A DNA stretch of 34,232 nt from Candidatus Methylomirabilia bacterium (GTDB lineage: Bacteria; Methylomirabilota; Methylomirabilia; Rokubacteriales; CSP1-6): positions 1-34,232 of the forward strand of contig JBGQHJ010000037.1 of NCBI GenBank assembly GCA_041497895.1, read 5' to 3'. The translations under genes were made by a program, and so were the position numbers. Of this stretch, positions 26,485 through 32,778 are shown piece by piece. The stretch's first letter is position 1. Each line of letters begins with the position of its first letter. The notes beneath the pieces are model-generated. The model was given only the letters and a program-made list of their open reading frames with translations. It had not been told where the DNA came from and searched no databases.

Positions 26485-27209
26485 GTCCCGAGACGAGCCC
26501 CGTCCTCCTGCGCGCCGAGGGCCTGACCGCGGGCTACGGCAAGATGGCCATCCTCCACGACGTGACGCTCGAGGTGCGCGCGGGCGAGATGGTGAGCGTC
26601 ATCGGCCCCAACGGCGCCGGGAAGTCCACCGCCTTCAAGACCATCGTGGGCTTCCTGCGCCCGCAGAGCGGCCGGGTGCGCTTCGACGGCCAGGACATCA
26701 CCGGGCTCAGGCCCGAGCAGGTGCTCCCGCGTGGACTCGCCTACGTGCCCCAGGGTCGCATCGTGTTCCCCCAGATGACGGTGCTGGAGAACCTCGAGAT
26801 GGGGGCCTACATCGAGCGCGACCGGGCCCGCATCCGCGCCGCGCTCGAGCGCGTCTACGGCCTGTTCCCGATCCTGGCCGAGCGGCGGAGCCAGAAGGCC
26901 GGCACCATGTCGGGAGGCGAGCAGCAGATGGTGGCCATCGGGCGCGCGCTCATGACCAGCCCCAAGCTGATCATGCTCGACGAGCCGTCGCTCGGTCTGG
27001 CGCCGAAGTTCGTGTCGCTGATCTTCGACAAGCTCGGCGAGATGCGCCACGCCGGCTACACCCTGATGGTGGTGGAGCAGAACGCGGCCAAGGCCCTCTC
27101 GGTGGCGGATCGCGCCTACGTGCTCGAGCTGGGCCGGAACCGGCTCGAGGGGCCGGGGCGGGCGCTGCTGGAGGATCCCGAGGTCAAGCGTCTCTACCTC
27201 GGGGGCTGA
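26481..27209 (+). CDS. livF: ABC ATP-binding protein (LivF-like)
   Basis: GPNGAGKST, YVPQGR, MSGGEQQM, LDEPSLGLAP, VEQNA, YLGG; 242 aa. Confidence 0.92.
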   Translation: MSPETSPVLLRAEGLTAGYGKMAILHDVTLEVRAGEMVSVIGPNGAGKSTAFKTIVGFLRPQSGRVRFDGQDITGLRPEQVLPRGLAYVPQGRIVFPQMTVLENLEMGAYIERDRARIRAALERVYGLFPILAERRSQKAGTMSGGEQQMVAIGRALMTSPKLIMLDEPSLGLAPKFVSLIFDKLGEMRHAGYTLMVVEQNAAKALSVADRAYVLELGRNRLEGPGRALLEDPEVKRLYLGG

Positions 27210-27250
27210 CGCGTCGCCCGGCGTCAGCTTCGGGTAGAATCTCCCGCGCC

Positions 27251-27562
27251 ATGCGCCGGCCCATGCTCATCCTGGCGATCCTGCTGTACGTGATGCTCGA
27301 CCTGTCGCTGCCCGGGATGCCGGGGGCGTTCGAGTTCGACCCGGACGATTCGGTCGAGGGCGCCCAGCACACGCGGGTGCGGGCGGCGGCCGAGGCGGGG
27401 GTCCCGCCCGCGTCGGCCGGTGAGGCGTTCGTGCTGGCGCAGGTCCCGGGCGCCGCCCAGGATCGTCCGGCGCCGTCCCGTCCGCCCTCGGCGCGCCCGT
27501 GGATGCCCCGGCGGTGCGGCGCGCCCGGCGCTCGTCCTCCTTCCTCCGGAGATCCGCACTAG
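27251..27562 (+). CDS. Small hypothetical protein with hydrophobic N-terminus and Pro/Arg-rich C-terminus
   Basis: 103 aa; MRRPMLILAILLYVMLDLSLPGMPGAFEFDPDDSVEG; TAGAAT -10 element 10 nt upstream; GC3-rich codons in the 5' half. Confidence 0.6.
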   Translation: MRRPMLILAILLYVMLDLSLPGMPGAFEFDPDDSVEGAQHTRVRAAAEAGVPPASAGEAFVLAQVPGAAQDRPAPSRPPSARPWMPRRCGAPGARPPSSGDPH

Positions 27563-27656
27563 CCCCTCCCGCTCGCGGTTGTCGGGGACGGCCTCGGTCC
27601 AGGCGCCGCGCCCCGATTCGATCACGCGATCCAAACCGGGAGGACTCTCGACATTC

Positions 27657-27863
27657 ATGGGGCTCGGCTCCGAGCGTCTCTTCGCGTGCGACCTGGATGG
27701 CCCGGAGGGCCGCGCCGCGCTGAACCGCCTGACCCGCGACGCCTCCTCCCGGAGCGGAGAGGGGCCCCCTCTGGACGCCTTCACGGCCTATCTGAAGGCC
27801 GCGACCTCCCGGGCGGATCTCGAGGCCCGCTGGTTGATCCCGATGTCGGGCTCCGGCCGGTAG
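27657..27863 (+). CDS. Small hypothetical protein (68 aa)
   Basis: ATG 27657 with GGAGG at 27639-27643; MGLGSERLFACDLDGPEGRAALNRL...LEARWLIPMSGSGR; GC3-rich codons. Confidence 0.4.
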   Translation: MGLGSERLFACDLDGPEGRAALNRLTRDASSRSGEGPPLDAFTAYLKAATSRADLEARWLIPMSGSGR

Positions 27864-27938
27864 TCGCGCCCGCGAAGTAGAGATGGAGCTCGGCGAGCTG
27901 CTGGCCGGCGTGGTCTCCGTGGCTCAAGATGCTCTACG

Positions 27939-27980
27939 GGGCGAAGTAGGCGGAAACGCCTGTGGGCCGCCCGCATTTTT
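27939..27980 (+). terminator. Possible intrinsic terminator / structured RNA with GAAA tetraloop
   Basis: GGGCG-AA-GTAGGCG-GAAA-CGCCTGT-GGGC-CGCCC followed by gcattttt. Confidence 0.4.
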
Positions 27981-28048
27981 CGTCTATGCTTCCGGCCGCA
28001 GTTTGAGTATATTCGGTGGGGTTTTCCAAGGGAGACAGGCCGAAACTC

Positions 28049-29113
28049 ATGCGCATCCCACGATCTGCCGTCGTCGGTAGTGCGGCCATCGCGGCCGTGC
28101 TGATCGGTATCCTCATCGGGTTCCCGATCTCCGCCGCCAAGTCCGCCACCGCCCCCGCGCCGGGCCCCGGCGGCGAAAAAGCTGCCGCCGGCCACGGGAG
28201 CCGCGAGGGGACCGACCCCCGGATCATCGCCCGCGGCAAGGCCACCTTCGACCAGTACTGCGCGAACTGCCACGGCGCCGAGGGCAAGGGCGACGGCATC
28301 GCGGGACAGAACCTGCCGATCAAGCCCCAGAACCTGACCGAGGGGCGGATCCTGAACGCGCTGCCGGACCACTTCCTGCACAACCTGATCGCGCACGGCG
28401 GCCAGGCGGTGGGCCTCTCGCCCCTCATGCCGAACTTCACGCCGTACCTCTCGGACGTGCAGATCGGCGAGGTCCTCGCCTTCGTCCGGACGCTGGCCGA
28501 GCCGCCCTACGATCCCAAGGCGGTGCTGCCGGTGGCCCCCACGCGCCAGGGGCCGGTGCAGCCGATCTTCTTCAGCCACGTGATCCACGCCGGCTCGTAC
28601 CAGATCGCCTGCCAGTACTGCCACGCCGGCGCACGCCGGAGCAACGCGGCGGGCGTGCCGTCGGTGGAGCGTTGCATGGGCTGTCACAAGATCGTGGCCG
28701 CGGAGGGCAATCCCGAGGTCAAGAAGATCCACGGCTACTGGGAGCGGCAGGAGCCCATCCCGTGGGTGCGCATCTTCAAGATCCCCGAGCACGCCCAGTT
28801 CACCCACAAGCAGCACGTGCAGGCGGGCGTGCAGTGCCAGACCTGCCACGGCCGGATCGAGGCGATGGAGCGCGTGCACGCCGAGACCGGCCAGCACATC
28901 CTGAACGACCTCCAGAATCTCGTGCTGATGCCCGCGCCCCCGCGCAAGCTCACGATGGGCTGGTGCGTGGACTGCCACCGGACCGCGAACGTCAAGGGCG
29001 TGCAGGGCGTGCAGACGGCGGCGGACGCTCCGATCCCCTCGGTGTGGGCGCCCAAGGGCAGCGAGAGCGAGCGACGCAACGCGCCGCTCGAGTGCGTGAC
29101 CTGCCACCACTAG
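28049..29113 (+). CDS. Hexaheme c-type cytochrome: class I monoheme domain fused to an ActA/QrcA-like pentaheme domain
   Basis: Six CxxCH: CANCH (with downstream MPNF Met ligand), CQYCH, CMGCH, CQTCH, CVDCH, CVTCH; ActA-like segments QPIFFSHVIHAG, AGVPSVE.CMGCH, IPWVRIFK.P.H.QF.H..H, CHG.IE.M, LTMGWCVDCHR; N-terminal hydrophobic leader; 354 aa from ATG 28049. Confidence 0.9.
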   Translation: MRIPRSAVVGSAAIAAVLIGILIGFPISAAKSATAPAPGPGGEKAAAGHGSREGTDPRIIARGKATFDQYCANCHGAEGKGDGIAGQNLPIKPQNLTEGRILNALPDHFLHNLIAHGGQAVGLSPLMPNFTPYLSDVQIGEVLAFVRTLAEPPYDPKAVLPVAPTRQGPVQPIFFSHVIHAGSYQIACQYCHAGARRSNAAGVPSVERCMGCHKIVAAEGNPEVKKIHGYWERQEPIPWVRIFKIPEHAQFTHKQHVQAGVQCQTCHGRIEAMERVHAETGQHILNDLQNLVLMPAPPRKLTMGWCVDCHRTANVKGVQGVQTAADAPIPSVWAPKGSESERRNAPLECVTCHH

Positions 29114-29169
29114 CCTGACCCACCCGCCGCCCCCGCGCCGCGTGGGCGGGCGGGCGGTGTGAGGCGCCG

Positions 29170-29952
29170 ATGCGCGCGATCTGGAGCACGCTCCTCGTCT
29201 ACGGGATCGCGTTCGTCTCGGTGTTCGGGCTCCAGCTCGTGGCGGTCACCGCACTCCTGACCTGGCGGACCGGCGCCGTCGACCTCGATCGGGACGGGCT
29301 CTCCGCGCTGCTGGTCGCGGTGCCCGCCTCGTCGCTCACCCTCATCGCCCTCGCGCTCCTCGCCGCGGGCCGGCCCCGGAGCCAGCGGCTGCGCCTCGTG
29401 CCGAGCGGCGTGCCCGCGCGGGAGATCCTGGTGATGGTGGCCGGCATCCTCGCCCTCAGTCAGGCGCTCGAATCCCTCGTGCTCCTGCTGGGGGTGGGCA
29501 CGGGACCCGCGCTCGAGTGGATGACGCGCACCATGGGCTCCACCACGCCGCTCGGGCTCGCGCTCGCGGTCATCGTCGTCGGCCTCCTGGCGCCGATCGG
29601 CGAGGAGCTGTTCTTCCGGGGCTACATGCTGACGCGCCTGCGCCAGGCGTGGAGCCCGGGCCCGGCCATCCTGGTGAGCGCGATCGCCTTCGGGATCATC
29701 CACGGCGAGTGGGTGCACGGGCTGCTCGCCGCGGGCATCGGCGTCTACCTCGGGCTCGTGACCGAGCGCTCGGGCAGCGTGGTCCCGGCCATGATCTGCC
29801 ATGCGGTCAACAACACCGCGTCGGTGCTCCTGTCGGCGTGGATCGGCTCGCCTCACGGCCGCGCGCTGAACGCGGCGCTGCTAGTCGCGATGGGGCTGGT
29901 GGTGGCCTGGGCCCTCGGCCGGCTGCGCCGGGCGTGGCCGATCGCCGCCTGA
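29170..29952 (+). CDS. CPBP/Abi (CAAX-like) intramembrane glutamic endopeptidase
   Basis: APIGEELFFRG, FGIIH, HAVNN motifs; 260 aa hydrophobic. Confidence 0.92.
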   Translation: MRAIWSTLLVYGIAFVSVFGLQLVAVTALLTWRTGAVDLDRDGLSALLVAVPASSLTLIALALLAAGRPRSQRLRLVPSGVPAREILVMVAGILALSQALESLVLLLGVGTGPALEWMTRTMGSTTPLGLALAVIVVGLLAPIGEELFFRGYMLTRLRQAWSPGPAILVSAIAFGIIHGEWVHGLLAAGIGVYLGLVTERSGSVVPAMICHAVNNTASVLLSAWIGSPHGRALNAALLVAMGLVVAWALGRLRRAWPIAA

Positions 29953-29965
29953 GGCGGCGCCAGTC

Positions 29966-31327
29966 TCAGCGACCCGGATCGAGGATCGCGGTCAGGCTGC
30001 GCAGGTCGGGGCAGGTGTCGAGGGACTCGACGATCTGGGCCACCGAGTCCACGCGGTCCGCGGGCAGCACGAGCCCCGCGCACTCCCGAAACTTCTCGCG
30101 GAGCGCGTCGAGCGTGAGCGGGTTCGCGGGATGGCCGGGGACCGGCCGCGGGCCGATGGTCGCCCGGCGCCCGTCCTTGAGGCGCACCGTGAGCCGGGTC
30201 CACATGTGCCGTTCGAGGTCGCCCGGGATGTCCGGATCCACCACCACGCGCACGCGCTCCATCAGCCGCCGGATCGCGGGGTCCTGCGCACGGTCGTCCT
30301 GGAAGGTGGCCATGCCCACGCGCCCTTCCGTCAGCGCGGCCGCCACCGAGAACTCGGCCGAGAATTTCGCCTCGAGCCCCGTGCGCGGGCGCGAGTGGAT
30401 GAGGATGCGGGGGACGCCCGCGCACACGCCGACCGTCAGCTCTTCCACGTCGTCCGCGCGGATGCCCTCGACCCGGCGCAGCTCGAGCGCGCCGTCGATG
30501 ATGGAATGGGTGCAGGCGCAGGAGGGATAGGGCTTCACCGCCACCCCGGTGGTCAGGATCTTCCACGGCGCGCCCAGGGTGCCGAGCGGCTCGAGCGCCC
30601 GCTTGCCGGCGCCCAGCACGCTGAGAAAGCCCTGCGGCCCCTCGATCGCATGCTCCGACGCGGTCCACCCCTCGCGCGCCATGAGCGCGGAGAGCACCCC
30701 GCTCCGCGCGGCGTGGCCGGCGTGGAAGGGCTTGGTCATCGTGCCGAAGTTCTCCTTGAGCCCGGAGGACTGCGACGCGGCCACCGCGAGCGCGTGCCGC
30801 GCCTGCGCCGCGTCGAGGCCGAGGAGCCGTGCGGCCGCGGCCGCCGCGCCGAGGGTCCCGAGCGTACAGGTGGCGTGCCAGCCGTGCTCGTAGTGCGCGG
30901 GATTGATGACCTCGGCCAGCGTGGTCTCCACCTCGAAGCCCAGCAGGAACGCGTGCAGCACCGCGCGCCCGTCGGCCAGCGCCAGCTCGCCCGCGGCGAG
31001 CGCCGCGGACAGCACCGGCGCGGAGGGGTGGCCCATCAGCGCGAAGTTGGTGTCGTCGAAGTCGAGCGCGTGGGCCGCGGTGCCGTTGCAGAGCGCCGCC
31101 CACACCGCGCCGGTGCGCCGGCCGGTGCCCACCACGGTGGCCACCGGCAGGCCGCCCTCCGCCTGGGCCACCCGCTGGAGGATGCGCGCCGCCGGCTCGA
31201 CCGAGCCCGCCAGCATCACGCCGAGGCAGTCGAGGATGGCCCGCCGGGCACCGTCGAGGGCGGCCTCCGGGCAGTCTTCCAGGCGGCTCTTGGTGACGAA
31301 CTCGGCCAGCATCGAGGTGACGTTCAT
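29966..31327 (-). CDS. MmgE/PrpD family protein
   Basis: LDCLGVMLAG, NGTAAHALDFDD, GHPSA, GWHAT, GTMTKPFHAG, KPYPSCACTH, AKFS, GHPANPL; 453 aa. Confidence 0.93.
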   Translation of the reverse strand: MNVTSMLAEFVTKSRLEDCPEAALDGARRAILDCLGVMLAGSVEPAARILQRVAQAEGGLPVATVVGTGRRTGAVWAALCNGTAAHALDFDDTNFALMGHPSAPVLSAALAAGELALADGRAVLHAFLLGFEVETTLAEVINPAHYEHGWHATCTLGTLGAAAAAARLLGLDAAQARHALAVAASQSSGLKENFGTMTKPFHAGHAARSGVLSALMAREGWTASEHAIEGPQGFLSVLGAGKRALEPLGTLGAPWKILTTGVAVKPYPSCACTHSIIDGALELRRVEGIRADDVEELTVGVCAGVPRILIHSRPRTGLEAKFSAEFSVAAALTEGRVGMATFQDDRAQDPAIRRLMERVRVVVDPDIPGDLERHMWTRLTVRLKDGRRATIGPRPVPGHPANPLTLDALREKFRECAGLVLPADRVDSVAQIVESLDTCPDLRSLTAILDPGR

Positions 31328-31333
31328 GGCGGG

Positions 31334-31386
31334 AGCCTACCATACCGGCCCGTGCCTGGCACCGCGGGGGGTCCCACCTGTATGAT
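31334..31386. promoter_or_regulatory. Divergent -10 elements close to both start codons (probable leaderless/short-leader promoters)
   Basis: Minus: TGgTAGGCT (31342-31334) 6 nt before ATG 31327. Plus: TATGAT 31381-31386 12 nt before ATG 31399. No SD on either side. Confidence 0.5.
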
Positions 31387-31398
31387 CGGACCTCACGC

Positions 31399-32730
31399 AT
31401 GCGCAGGCTCGCCTGGTGCTGCTCCCTCGTCGCGCTGATCCTGGCCCCCGCCCCCGCCGGGGCCCAGCTCTTCGTCGCCTCGCGCCCCGATCCACCGTTC
31501 ACCATCGGGCCGCTGATGGTCCGCGCCACCGTGCGCGAAGGACCGGGCCCGGTGCCGGTGGTGGTGGGCTTCAGCCTGGAGCTCCCGCCGGACCGGAAGG
31601 CGACCGACGTCGCCCAGGACGTCTTTCTCCTCTGGCCGGGCGAGGTCGTCGACGACGCGCCCGACCGGAAGCCCGACGCGGCGCTGGCGCGCTACGTCGT
31701 GGACCAGGGCTTCGAGATCACCGGCGAGGGCCACCTGAAGCTGATGGCCCGCAACCTGGGTGACGCGGGAACCGTCGAAGCCCTGTCCACCGGCGCGTCC
31801 TTCGTCACCTTCGTGCAGACCGGCCCGCTCGGCCTGAGCCCGCCCGCCACCTTCATCCGCATCCCGTGGACGCCCCGTCTCGCCGACCGGAGCTGGCTCA
31901 TGGAGCTGACCCTGAACGCAGCCGGGCTCGTCAAGCCGGTCAAGGCGAGCTGGATGGAGCGCCTCGTCCGCGGCGCCCACTACCGGGTGGCGATCGGTTT
32001 CCACGAGGTGCGGGACCGCCCGCTCTTCCCCATGTACTTCGCCCACCGCGACCGCGTGGTGCGGCTGGCCGACGCGCCGGCCGAGCTGGTCGTGCAGTTT
32101 CCCCAGTCCGATCGGCTGAAGATCGACGACGTGTACCCGCCGACGTCGATCCGCCGCCTCAGCGAGACGCTCGAGTCGACCGAGCTGGTCTCGCTCTTCC
32201 TCGACCGCTCGGACGGCATCACGCCGCAGCAGCTCGCGGTCCAGTTCGGCTTCTTCTCGCGCACCCAGGCCGCGGTGCTGGTGGCCGCGCCGCTGCTCCT
32301 CTTCGCGCTGGGCCAGGCGATGGGCCCCCTCCTCGGGCGCAGCCTCGTCCGCGTGGTCGACGCGATGGGCGCGCGCATCCAGCTCGGCGCGTGGCGCGGC
32401 GGCGGGCGGGACCGGGAGCAGGGCGTGATCCTGTCGAGCGAGGTGCTCGAGCGCATCGCCCCCGGCAAGACCACCCGCGACGAGGTGCTGCGTCTCTGCG
32501 GCAGCGAGATGGAGCGCCAGGACCAGCTCCACGGCTCGGGGCGCACCACCCTCATCTACCGGGGCCGCCGGCTCGTGCCGGAGGCGCACCGGATCTTCGG
32601 CTGGCTCTCGACGGTGCGACGGTGGGACGTGGAGCGGCACGAGGTGCGGATCGAGCTGGAGGGCGACCTGGTGCGCGACGTCCAGGCCGAGGTCCGGCGC
32701 TATCGCCTGGGCCCCGAGGAGCCCCGCTGA
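31399..32730 (+). CDS. Hypothetical exported/bitopic membrane protein with SmpA/OmlA(BamE)-like C-terminal segment
   Basis: Signal peptide (..APAGA-Q), large soluble domain, one TM (AAVLVAAPLLLFALG), then IAPGKTTRDEVLRLCG..LIYRG motif; 443 aa with native codon bias. Confidence 0.75.
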   Translation: MRRLAWCCSLVALILAPAPAGAQLFVASRPDPPFTIGPLMVRATVREGPGPVPVVVGFSLELPPDRKATDVAQDVFLLWPGEVVDDAPDRKPDAALARYVVDQGFEITGEGHLKLMARNLGDAGTVEALSTGASFVTFVQTGPLGLSPPATFIRIPWTPRLADRSWLMELTLNAAGLVKPVKASWMERLVRGAHYRVAIGFHEVRDRPLFPMYFAHRDRVVRLADAPAELVVQFPQSDRLKIDDVYPPTSIRRLSETLESTELVSLFLDRSDGITPQQLAVQFGFFSRTQAAVLVAAPLLLFALGQAMGPLLGRSLVRVVDAMGARIQLGAWRGGGRDREQGVILSSEVLERIAPGKTTRDEVLRLCGSEMERQDQLHGSGRTTLIYRGRRLVPEAHRIFGWLSTVRRWDVERHEVRIELEGDLVRDVQAEVRRYRLGPEEPR

Positions 32731-32778
32731 GCCCGCGCCGCGAGCGCGGAACCGCCTTCACCGCCCGCGGAGCGGGCC

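Noticed and set aside
27905..27975. Resemblance to c-di-GMP-I riboswitch P2 (GC-GAA-stem-GAAA-stem) and to the HDV ribozyme 5' end (ggccggc.tggtc)
   Set aside because: No P3/tetraloop receptor or P1 for c-di-GMP-I, and no nested pseudoknot for HDV; similarity is superficial
27883..28080. 65-aa ORF upstream of the cytochrome
   Set aside because: No motif, crosses a terminator-like hairpin and promoter-like AT-rich DNA, and overlaps the cytochrome start out of frame
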